From Patellaria atrata CBS 101060 (Eukaryota), in contig MU006103.1 of NCBI GenBank assembly GCA_010093705.1, positions 593,121-657,120 on the forward strand: a stretch of DNA of 64,000 bases. The letters are read 5' to 3'. Below, piece after piece: positions 52,327-64,000 of the stretch. Every line of letters starts with the position of its first letter. Position 1 is the stretch's first letter. A program made the position numbers and the translations under genes. Below the pieces are notes generated by a model that ran no database searches, was not told where the DNA came from, and saw only the letters and a list, made by a program, of their open reading frames with translations.

Positions 52327-54120
52327 ATGTCGTCCTCATATCGAACAAGGCCTCAAACTCAGGTGACAATGAAGCCGGGCGAGCTTTTTACTGCTTACCT
52401 TGAGATTAATAACAGAATCGATCGACTTAAAGCTTCTATTACCACTAGTAATATTGACTATTGACTCCATAGCTTCAAATTGGTCTTCAGAGACGCTAAG
52501 GCGATCGATCACCCTGTCTGTTACCATTACCACATTGAGCTTACATTTCGGGAGACTCTTAAAGCACGAGATCCATCCTGGGCGACTGCGAAATAAATGT
52601 CCATCATTTCTTCAGCAGAAAAGGGGTTGGATGCAGAAGACATAACCCAGTTGGTCATCGCTTACGAGACGTATAAACGATTCATCGAAGCTGCAGGAGG
52701 GGATCCAGCTCGACACAAGGGGAAAGAATGGGAATCGAAAGCGACGTTCAAATGCAAAATCCAAGCAGGAATCATCCTAGAATAGTTAGGAAAGCAGACG
52801 CGACAACACTTTCCAACCTCTAGATTCACCACGTTTATGATCCTTTTCGAATAGGATAGAGGGGAAATTTCTAGCCGAGTTTACTGTGTCGGTTCTAGTT
52901 CAAAGCCAAGCTCACCCCCTGACACTAGAACTACAACTTTCTTCAAGTCAACATCGGTCTTATCCTTCTCCAATACTAACTTGAAACGCGTCTTTGAGGT
53001 TTTGACTTGTCCTTTGCCGCTCACTGAGTAAGGTGTGATTCAGCTGGAGAAATATGTGAAATAATGACGTACGCCTGCTTCGATTGGACCTCTCCAGAAG
53101 AATTCACCCGGTTCTTCTTCAAAATACTCTAAGTATCGCGGCAAAAACAATGACCAAGGTTCATCATGATGAACTTTCTAAGCTAAGGTAGAGATCCCAA
53201 GTGACCAAAATGGCGATGGAAAATGCAGCAACGCTGGCTACCGGTATGAGAATCTCATCCTGGCGATTTGCTTCTTCAACAGCATTTCAACGGGTAGATG
53301 AAACATGGAAATTGGCTTTCGAAGGTCGGCGTCGAGTCGACAACACCATTCTATTGGATCGAAGAACATTCCGCACCGCTCAAGTTCAATGATACGGGGA
53401 TCTAACGATGCGGGAGCAAAAACAACCAGGTGGTGTACCAAGGATTTGCGGACATGCTTGCAAAGTTGCAACCTAAAGTCATTCTTGTATGTCAGAGTGA
53501 AAACGGTGCCCAACAGACAACACTTTTATCGGTGGTCATGATCAATCCGCAAAGCAAGAGACCACGACATCGCATGTCTAAGCAACCAACAAGTTCTTTC
53601 GTTCTTGTCCATTTCATCCAATGAATTTTAAACATATCAAAGATGGCGAGGAGCCCTTAAAGCGGGCGCTATCAGAATACTTGCTCGATGTAACGTTTAT
53701 AGTCGGGGTGAACCTCCTTGTCGGCCTTGAGTTGTCTGAAATTGGATTGATAAACCTCAGGGACCATACAAATCATAGGCCGCTTATAATTTCTCGCGAA
53801 AGAATTGGTTGGTTCTACTGATCAAGGACCAAAGAGGACGAATTCTCGGAAGATGAAACAATCTGATGAACTTGTTGGATATATAGGTATGCTTCAACAC
53901 GTAGCTTCTTTACTCTCAAAATATCGTGCAAGCGATATTTCAGATCAGATCAATACTGAGGCTATTCTAGAAGGTGGCTCTGACTATGGCGGCATAAAGG
54001 ATGATATACTATGAAGATATCAATCTCGGTTTCAGGAACTTCCTACCTAGGTCAAACCCGTGGAACCTAGATTTGCTGACAAGCATGATTTGTGGCTGCA
54101 GATGACGAGACGCACTTGAT
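52327..54120 (+). pseudogene. Degraded gene relic of unknown family
   Basis: One frame from ATG 52327 reads protein-like through isolated stops (TGA 52462, TAA 52594, TAG 52783). Further short same-strand fragments run to about 54.1 kb. Right boundary uncertain. Confidence 0.45.
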
Positions 54121-54665
54121 ATAAGATCACTAGTAGCAGTAAGATCGGAAAATCGAGTCCCTTTACATTATATTGCTAGACTCTTCGCTATACTTATTTC
54201 TCTCCTCATCCTGACTGAATATTAGCCTTTCTGCAGTCATACCCTACCATAACTACTAAAAATTCGAAAATCGACAGTATACAGTTTAGTACTCGAAGCA
54301 AGCTTTTGTTAATCAAAAGTTACCGGTAGGAGCAAACACCGGGACAGATGGTCAAACTAAAACTTTCGAGGCATCAAGAGGGGTTCCACTAAATTGGGTA
54401 AGAATTAAACGTCTCTAAAGTTTAGCTCGTTGCAAATACTGTCAAATGGCCATGAGACCTTAAAGTGGGTAGTTTGAATGACACTTAATATATACAGCAG
54501 TACTAACTTACCGCAAATTAGATCCGCGCACGTGCCGGACCCCTGAAAGTATGGGGAAGACCTGTACTTTCTGCTTGTATATAAAGTCTCGCTCGGACGG
54601 CCGGTAAGCCATGATAGCACCTCAATCCATCATCTCAAGGGACAGTCGCCTTTCCCCTCACAAAA

Positions 54666-55343
54666 ATGCTCGGAATTTCTCTCATCACGCTCGCGCTCGC
54701 CGCCACTGGCCTTGCTCAGGCTCCAGTTGGCTACCGCACGGTGTACATCACGTCGATGGTAGACACCAAATATGTTGTTCAGCCCAAATCTGCCACAAGC
54801 GGCAGCACAGTGGTAGTGTCAGTTCCCCCTTGAATTCTTCACCTAGCCAACGAGGGCATGACCTAACACTCCCAACCCTGTAGCCAAACCCTCACCAACA
54901 TGCCCGCTCAACAATGGTATCTCCAACCCGGCAACTCGACCATCCAACTTGCAGGCTCGACCCTCTGCCTCGACGCGGGTCCGAAAAGTGAGTCCTCGAC
55001 ACCCCCTTTATGAGTGTGAACCCGATTCTGATATACCGCAACAGGTAACTGGAAAGATATGGCAACTATCTACGTGAAAACCTGCTCCGCGACGGAGGTC
55101 GCCCAACAATGGCTCGTCATGGCCGACGGACGCATCGCTCTGCCCGCGTCATCGAACCCACGTAAGTGCTGCGAAGTCGCGATTTTGGATCAGAGTTGAT
55201 GTTTGATAGGAGAGTGTGTTGATCTGCAGTACATGAGGGCTACGCCGAACAATCCGGTCGGGTTGTACAACTGCAACGGGTTGGGCAATATCGGTGCGGC
55301 GGATAAGGGGCTTAATTGGCCTTTGCTCAATGTCACTTCTTGA
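54666..55343 (+). CDS. Small secreted ricin-B (CBM13, beta-trefoil) lectin-like protein; 4 exons
   Basis: Signal peptide MLGISLITLALAATGLA; QQW motifs; LCLDAG, ECVDL, VGLYNC. Three GT..AG introns. Missed by the ORF track. Confidence 0.85.
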
Positions 55344-56162
55344 AGTCGTACTGTACCAGTTCTGGAGGAATGGTATGGGTCCGAGGAACACCATTCTGGG
55401 CTCTTTGATTGAGAAAAGAAAGCCCAGGACGGCGTAGAGATCCATAGTAGAGGTGTGCATTTCTCAAAGTTAGCGCTTATCGTAGATATTAAAACTGGAT
55501 AAGCAATTCCAAGGTCAAATGCAGGCTTGTCTGAACCACCACGCCCCAAATTTTTGCTTAATTTTCCTCAGCCGAAGCTTGAGTGCATCCGTCTCGTACA
55601 TATTGCATCTGATATGTTTTCTAGGGATCTCGCTCGAATAATCCTTGTTACCCCTCAGATGCACTCCGAATCTATCCCGGCCTCGAATTAGCCGCATGGG
55701 ACTTGTTAATCAACTCTAAGACTATATATAAGATCATAAGTATATATTTTGCCGAACTCGGCAGTTGCATCGAATTACCGACGTATACTCTCGGGTCAGA
55801 ATCAAGAACTCGCATGATGCTTAAAAGTTTCAGTTGACCTTTTCATGAACGATTCATAATGCTACCATCCTCATCGTTTAAATGATGGAACTGCTGATTC
55901 TGGATGAGAGATTATTTATCGCTGATGAATGCGAAAGGTGGATGTTCGAGCTTCTCGTAGAGATGTGCCAGCATGATTTTGATTCTTCGATTCACGAAAA
56001 GAAAGGCGAGAAAAGCAAGTCATCTATGAAAATAAGATAGAGCTTCCCTATCTAGTACGTCCCGAGGAATGTACAGTACACTATAATCTTTATTGTTAGA
56101 TTCCCACGGAAGAAAACTATGCTGTTTTTAGTGGAGAGAAGAAACGTGAGCGAGCTTCAGGG

Positions 56163-56188
56163 CCCCCCCCCCCCCCCCTTTTTTTTTT
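56163..56188. repeat. Adjacent poly-C and poly-T homopolymers
   Basis: About 16 C followed by about 10 T. Confidence 0.85.
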
Positions 56189-58514
56189 GAAACCTATAAT
56201 TTAAATTTAGGATCCATTCTAAGAGCGTTCCCTTATTTACAATTCCGATTTCGAGCGGACGGAACTCACTACAAGAATCCAAATAAAAGGTGTTCTAGTA
56301 TGAAAAACAAAGTCCTTGTCTTACTCAGTTACTAATCCAAAATAAGGGACCACCGGACTAGCATAATAGTCCTATTCTTTACTTCCTGGATACTGAGAAA
56401 CCAGATGCCTACAAATTGACTCTCAAGACCTCCACAGACAGAAAGCAGCGACCTCTATATAGCTGATTCTAAGCATACAACATATTTGATGGAACTCGAA
56501 ATATTGTTATGCGACATTGTCGTATCAACTAAAAACTATCGCTGTCGGGGTGTTCTCTTTCGCCTTTTCGTTCATATCGACATACCTACGGAATCTCCGT
56601 GCTTACTGATACGAATCGTCGTTGCGATGTTCAAAGCGACGACTTACAAGATCGTACGTATCATGCGGGGCGGTCAATTGGCCGGTCCAAAATATTTAGG
56701 TCTATTATCTTCAGTCATTCCACTAGGAATGTCTCTAGAGTTGATAGCATATCTCGTTCCGGATAAATCTTTGTTCTCAGAACCGTTAACTGCGAGAGTA
56801 TCGTTACCGCAAGATGATCCTTCCTCTATCTTAAGAGAATTGGGAAAAGAGACGTTGGACGTCGAGATAGATAGAAGGTCGTTGTAGAGGAGAGATTCGG
56901 AGGGGGTGGATGAAACGATGGGACCTACGGCATTTCTCGTCTCCTTCCTGGACACGAGGTAGGAACGATGATACATGTGCGCGGTTCTCGAACACACCTC
57001 GTTACTGATGAAAACGTCGAAAGACCCGGCTAAGTATTTTATGCGCAGTGATTTCGAGAGAATAGAGAGGGAACTAAGGTATGGAAAGGATTCCACGTCA
57101 GGATTCCTTACAATACTTGAGCCGCAATTGTAACAGGCTAGAGCCTAGTGGTATGGGATGCCCTACATCCGAAGATCAGCCAGTAATATTTCCCTCAAAC
57201 CTACCCTCAGACTCTTCTCTTCTTCTTCATCTTGATTGTGGATAGCATCTGGACTAGATAGTTGGAACACAATTACTAGAGGCCGCTCACAGCCATCAAC
57301 TGTCGACATATGCACTTACCACTTATATTCCGTTATAGATCTGATTAGTTGTTTGGGACAAGAGGAGTTTACAAGATTAGGACAGGAAGGTACCTACACA
57401 TTCGCTTTTCAATGCTTCTTCTCACCCCTTTTCTTTCCATTTCCCCTCAACACACTATCCTCTAATGCGACTGCATTGTTAAAAGTCCATACTTTTACGG
57501 AAGGATTTACGTTTTGAGGAAGGAGTTGGGCCTTCAATCAACCATGGGTATTCAGCCCTAGTTCCTTTCTTTACGCTCGTCGACAGTCGGTTACTCAATT
57601 ATAGGACGTTATCGTGCCATCTTAGTAATCACTTCCCGGTCGTGTTTTAAACTTTGCTTCTAGTATGCACGGTATGTTCATTGATTCTTGTTCCTGTTGT
57701 CGAATTGTTAGAAAGAGTAATTCGAAGATACTCATCCTCCAAAATTCGTCATCTCTAGTTGATCTGGTAGGATTACCAGTACTTTTCAAATTACTCGGCT
57801 AACGGCAAGTAAGAACTAAGACCGTCGATAGAGACTGGGTGAATTTAAACGACTATTCAGAAGTCCTCTAGTTCTAAGACGCCACTACGCAACCTGTTGT
57901 CTCTTTAGAGTCTTTTCGGCTCAGTTACGAATTGTGGTAGCACTTCAACCATTTATAGCACGAAGGGAAACCTGTTGGAACATGAGTCCACTCCTACAAC
58001 GAATCTCGGCTAGTTGTGCCACCGATCGGTATGGAGCACCAAAACTCTATTTGTATGTTATTCTCAACAGCTCCACTATCTCAACAGATATCTCAACAAG
58101 TATTATTGACATCTGGATACGTATTCACTATAGCTCTTGAGGATACAGAACTATAGGTCATATCATCCGTAGCTAGAAAGAAATCTATATTATTCACGTC
58201 TGATAACCACATTGGACCTTGAGTTTAACACACACTTCTTACATCCAGCTCCAGTAATGCTCTCCTCATACTAAAGTAATCTTCGTAGACAGGAGAATAT
58301 CTCCTTTCCGATAGTACAATAGGAGTATCCCACTTCTTTATATGTTAAGGTCAGAAATATTTGTCTCTTTATGTCCTCATCTCTCATGTAAATTTTGGCC
58401 TTATACTTCACTGTAATGAAGAGGGACCCAGTTTCCACCCCTAAGTCGCTTTTATACCCAAACCATAGTCCTAACCAAGGAGTAGATCTGATTCTAGAAG
58501 CTTTGTGGAACATT

Positions 58515-59975
58515 ATGACGTTCATTCTCCAACCGTACACTTACCTTGTTGCGCAAAAGGCCCTGGTCAGCCTTTTATTGGCTTTTAGCGATTCACATTC
58601 CTTCATTCGCGTTGCATTGTTCCCCTTCACGCTTGTCTGTAATTACTATCTCATTCCCGTTTATACTACATGGATCCCACGTGCCGCTTGGATAACGTTT
58701 TTAGCGTCGGAAATAATGACCGGCCCTTTGGGTTACTTGGAAAAGCTGCTAATAAGCCGATGGAGTTTCGAACACAAAGGCCCTAGTGCCCAGGTATTAG
58801 GACACATTGAGCAACGTAATGGAGGTAAAACCCATACGGTTGGAGATAGAAAGCAAGTATATTCCAAACCAAACTTCACTTTAAGTGATAGGATAGGTTA
58901 TGCTTGGAAACGTCTAAAGTTTGGAACCTAGGTCGCAATATCGAATCGATACATCGGCACACCGTTTCAAGCACGCAATACACCTCCGTACTCGACCACC
59001 GAACCGAACTTCATTCCTACCCGATTCACATTTCTCTTACATCGAAGTTTAATCTTCCTAGCCTGCTACCTGATCACTGACATTCTTCTCCTGCTTAATC
59101 AACCCGCGCTCAATCCTATTGTCTACGACGAAATTCATGTCCCATTCGTTCGACGGCTACTCAAAAGTGAGGTAACAATGGAAGAAACGTCCATCCGCGT
59201 GTCAACAACCATAGGATTCTGGATCGGAGCTTATATTTGCATCCAGGGGTACTGCACTACGATGTCAATTCTGGCAGTTGCTTCAGGGTTCATGTCACCT
59301 GTGGACCGAAGGCCAACTTTCGGTTCACCCATGGATGCATATAGCATCCGCCGTTTTTGGGGGTAAGTGAAGCATCAAGCTAGCGATTTTCTTACGCATA
59401 CTATATTCCGTGTTTGCCAACTCCACACTTAGTAAAAAGAGCAAGACTGATATATGCTAATGACATACTTCATTTTCCAATCTGATAGACGATTCTGGCA
59501 CCAATTGATGAGGAAGAAATTCGGCACTGTCGCTGACTTTCTAACGTTTCCTCTCTTACGCGTTTTACATCTCCCGGACAAACCCCACACCTTGTTTCCA
59601 CGTTACACCCAACTCACCCTCGTTTTCTTGATCTCCGGCTTGTTACATCAGGCCATCGAGGTAGCACAAGGTTTGCTGTGGAGCCAAAGCGGGGCGTTGA
59701 AATTTTTTCTACTCATGGCAATAGGTATCATGATCGAAGATGCGGCAGTTTCGATCTGGGGAGCGCTTCTAACGCAGGGAAGTAAGAGTGTAAACGGAGC
59801 TCGCGGGTCAGAGGCAGAAGTAGTATGGTGGCGAAAAGGGTTTGGGTATATATGGGTAATACTGTATCTGTCGTGGGCGACACCTGTTTGGGCATATCCG
59901 GGGCTCAGACGGGATACTGGTCAGATAGAGTTTAATCCTCTCCCGTTCAGTTTTATTGGCCTTTTGAGGACTTAG
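58515..59975 (+). pseudogene. MBOAT_2 / wax-synthase-like (Tri7-type) membrane-bound O-acyltransferase with one in-frame TAG
   Basis: Hydrophobic segments; RPTFGSPMDAYSIRRFWG|RFWHQ; FLISGLLH catalytic His; GIMIED; GYIWV. TAG at 58929-58931, after which the same frame continues. Confidence 0.75.
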
Positions 59976-60969
59976 AAGGCCGGATACCATGCGAAGGAAG
60001 ATCAAGCTTAAGCACTTTTGATGGCAATTCTACCTGAGGAGCCGGTGCTCATCTCCCTGTCCTATTCTTTTGGTTTTAGTGGGTGCAGCTATTTTTGAAG
60101 GAAGTAGTGATCCATATCGCAATTGGCAAGGCCAGTTACTGTATTCTATTCTCGTGACATAACTTAATATTATTGCGATAAAATTACTTGTTTCTTTTGT
60201 CGAGCCCATTCTCACATCAGAGGTTTCCGGGTGTGGTAACGGCAATGACGCGCTAGAATTATAATTCTAGTTCTACCAGACCTACCTAGTTTTAGAACTA
60301 AATAAAGTTCGAGCCGCATTATCACGACCGACCTCCATCCCGGCCCGTGGTCCCGAGCTCCGAGCTGCGATAGCCTTGAACCATCCCGAAGTCACTTGCA
60401 TGTGATAATACCATTGGAAGGAGGTTTACATGTATAATTTCATTCTGATCACCTTTGGCTTTTTACAAGGGGTCACTAACGTACCTATTCTACCGTACAC
60501 GATTGGTACTTCTATGAAAGGATAATTATTGCTTCCCATGGGCTCGAGTGTGTCAAGATTGGACTTTTGCCCTATTTTCACCCTAAGTTCTGTCGTCAGG
60601 TTCAACGTTGCCGAACCAACCTTTTTCTTTCAGGAACTGCTATTGGGAGAGTGGGAGGATGTCCTTGAATGAAGTTTGATATGAAAATTGTTTATTGGTG
60701 ATCGTAAATTGGACTGAAATCACCATTGTCCACTTTCCGGCCACGGTCTAATCCTCGGCGATCTCGAAGGTACCAATATACGCAGAAAGAGTTACGATGC
60801 TAAGATACATTCAAACAACACCATCAACCCCCAGGTTCAAACATCAGAAGGTAAAGACCGTCAAGAAAAGCATAAGACAGCACTCCAACCCCGCTCTTCG
60901 CCTCCCTCACATCCTCACATCCCCCAACGACAGACAAACCCACCAGGGGCTTCTCGCCAGGCATCAAAA

Positions 60970-61592
60970 TCAGAGCGGAAAGCAGAAATAGCTGCTAAAT
61001 TTGTCGTTGTAGTAGCCGTCGCCGTGGGTGCTGAGGTCGTTGACGCCGGGCCACACGATGTCGATCCAGTTGCCTTGGCAGTTCGCGTCTCTACATTTGA
61101 TTAGACACTTGGATATTTCCAGGCTGTTGGGGAAGCACTTACACGAACATCTTGCAGACGGTACCCTGGACTGGGCCGAGTGAGGAGACTTGATCGTGCA
61201 GATCGGGGCCGAGGGGGACTGCTGCGTGTTAGTGGCGGGTTGGAATGGGAATGGGGCGAAGAGAAGGATACCGCAGATGCCGCTGTCGGACCAGATCGTG
61301 ACGCAGTAGCCGCTCCAGTCCCTGTCGTTACCTGTCGTGGATTCTACATCAGCTCTAGCATCTCACGGTGAGAAGAAGGCAGCTACTCACAGAGACGAAG
61401 TTCGTGGACTGATCTCTTCGTCAAATCCCTGGTTTCGATGTCCGTGGTCAGGTTAGGGCCCGGGTAGACGTAGTCATCGATGATTTTGGCCGTCACGCCT
61501 TGGGGGTAGGAAAATCCGGGCTGCGGAAGAGCAGCAGCTGCAATGAATGGAGTTAAGGTGCTGATTGCACTTAAGACGGTTGAGGATCTCAT
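60970..61592 (-). CDS. Small secreted cysteine-containing protein with beta/gamma-crystallin-like motifs; multi-exon
   Basis: Signal peptide MRSSTVLSAISTLTPFIAAAA and a propeptide ending in KR. Downstream exons read NDRDWSGYC, LHDQVSSLGP..C, DANCQG..WPGVNDL and YNDKFSSYFC, ending at TGA 60972-60970. Confidence 0.7.
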
Positions 61593-64000
61593 TTTGGCAA
61601 AGAGTTTGAGGGTAGTTTTTTGACTGATGACTATTGGGCTTTTGATGAATTGAAGAGGAGTACTGGAGATTGAAGAAAACGGGCAGGAGCTCCCCCTTCA
61701 TATAGTATTTGGTCTCGTGGTAATTCGAGAGAAATATGTTGGACTGGCATCTCTAAATGCATCGTGTATGTTCTTTGCGCAACGTTGGTAGATTGCATTT
61801 CTCCAATGCGCAGCTAATCATTTTCTTCGGTACGCAGGACGTAATTGACGGTGAATTGTTCATTGGTCCTGAATATTACAACAAATGAGACATCGATGGA
61901 GGCTGAAAATGAATAACGGCATGACCGTGAGGCCGCATATTTCCCAAATGACCATGTTCGCTCAATCAATTGAAGAGCTTGGGAGAGAGGAAAATGTATT
62001 GGTAAAGGATTCAAGCACAAAGGTTAGAAAGCGTATATCATAATCAAATACAAGGATAGGAATGATGTTGGAAGATCGAAATAGAAAGTGGTAGTATTGT
62101 AGGGAGCTGGAATAGAGAGCAACTTCCTTTACGGGACAACGCAGAGCTACTTGAACATTTTACCAGACACTATAGATGTTGAGGGTATTATTCCGATTGG
62201 TCGTGTTTTTTTTTTGAAGTTGTGGAGTTTCGTGCTGCGTTTTGGCGACGACAGCCGCATTACGGTATAGTTCTAGTTCTAGTTCTATTTTACAGTACTG
62301 TACTCGTAGCCTCGTAGGATTTCGAGTTAATGTAAGGCAACCAACGAAGCAAAGCCTTGTTGGACGGACTCTCCGGCACAGGAAACCACAGCACAGCTGA
62401 GGAAGGTTCGCGGAATTCTCATAGATATACTATAGCAGATGTTAGCGGTTTCTTTGGCAGCTCGAATTTCGACACTCAATAGCAAGCTCTCTATCTTATG
62501 ATTAGAGGGAGATTCCTCCATGAAACTCATTTCGGTCCGTTGAAGATACGCCCTCACCGTTTCTTGTTGGACTCCTCAATTGTTGTATAATATAGATTGG
62601 CTCTCTTCACAGACCAGTTGACAATGTGGATAACGTAGTCTCACTGCAGCCCAGTCCATAGGGTCGGGTGGGCCAGTCTGACTGCTCATCAATTGAATTT
62701 GTAAGATACCGGTACTCTGGGAGGAGCTCGTGGACCGCTGTAGAACTATTACAGATGAACGGGGTCGTATTGATTACATGAAGATGGAGAGATCCATATG
62801 GCTTGTTATATGAATAATGATACATTGCGCTCGAAGGGACGTCCGGCAGAAAAATGAAGATTCGAATATTGGGCGCACAGCACCCAAGAAGCCGCCAATC
62901 TTTCGGGGGCTTTTCTGAGGGGAACAACAGCTAAAGCTAGGCATAAGCAGCCCATTAGGGGTTGCTTCCGTCGAGGCATAAGGCGGTGAGGAGAGCCGAC
63001 TACTCTCTAACAAAATCATAACTACTGTACCTTAACTCTCAACAAACCTACTTTTGTATCCTCGCATCACGTTTCGTTATCGACCTATGATACCTCGCGA
63101 TAACCATCTCTTGGACCACATATCTCAAAATCCTTAATGCTGCTTTCCTCCCTCTCCCTCCGCACCTAGTACCTCGAGACGAAAGTTGAGAATCACCTCC
63201 GTACAGACCATGCGTTTATGAGTTAGATCTCGAGCGTATCTGGGTAGGAAAGGTCCCGTAGGATACTTCCAAAGAGCTCGGAAAAGTTGGGAAAATTGTT
63301 AGGGATTAGGTAGGACGAAACGGAACATCTTCACTTGCAAAGAGCGATGATTCTGATTCCCAAGTTATGATCTCCTATTTGACTCGAACTATGACTTACC
63401 TTACGACAACTACTTCTTATAGAGAACTTGTCAAAAACACTTCAACTCCAAACGCAGCGTCAAAAAAACGAGTCGCATCGGAGTGGAACTCTTCGCAAGC
63501 CTTCAAGTATAATGAAGAAACGACAATGATTCTTGTACTGTAGAGTACTTGTTTCCTGACTAGAGGTCACAATCCATGTACTGCACCATTCTACGGAGGT
63601 GTAACTTATCAGTACATTCTCATATCGCTCTTTTTCAAGGACTAGATTTCTGTTCTTCAAAGTAGACTGAAACCACACTTTCAGTATCATTGATTTTCAG
63701 TCACTACCGATCGAACTACCTTACATCAACGTAACCCGTTTTCCGCAATTTCTCCGTTCCATTTTCTCCGCAAAGTTCAGCCTGTAATATATTAACAATT
63801 TACATATCCAATAACTCGATCTTAAACTCAAGGCTACCCAGGTATATTTACGATGTGAAGCCAAAAGCCCGGATTCTGATTGATGAAGTACTAGGATTAC
63901 GAGATCATTTCTAGGGATGACGGATCAGCTCCTCCGACTTCAATGTAGCAAAGCATAGGCAGGTCCAAAAGATTTATTATATCTCTTTTTCACCTCTTAC

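Noticed and set aside
62327..63760. Possible gene or transposon relic at the right end
   Set aside because: Fragments are short and inconsistent, with no recognisable domain or terminal repeats.

Overview
Intron-containing DNA from a filamentous ascomycete (Pezizomycotina-type GT..CTRAY..AG introns). From left to right: a CPA1/Nha1-type Na+/H+ antiporter, a secreted GH3 beta-glucosidase-like gene, and a tandem array of three HET-domain genes (one pseudogenised). Then comes a ~32 kb candidate secondary-metabolite cluster (about 19.7-51.4 kb): BBE-like FAD oxidase, aryl-alcohol-dehydrogenase-type aldo-keto reductase, MFS exporter, HSL-family alpha/beta hydrolase, three-repeat Myb regulator, phenol-hydroxylase-type flavin monooxygenase, O-methyltransferase, a non-reducing PKS (SAT-KS-AT-PT-ACP-ACP-TE, no C-methyltransferase) and a divergently transcribed NRPS-like carboxylic acid reductase (A-T-R). 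To the right are gene relics, a small secreted ricin-B lectin, an MBOAT-type acyltransferase with an in-frame stop, and a small secreted beta/gamma-crystallin-like protein. Two related solo LTRs, each with its own 5-bp target-site duplication, lie at 18.6 and 33.7 kb. Gene models were assembled by eye from ORF fragments and splice signals. No database searches were run, so products and novelty are inferences.
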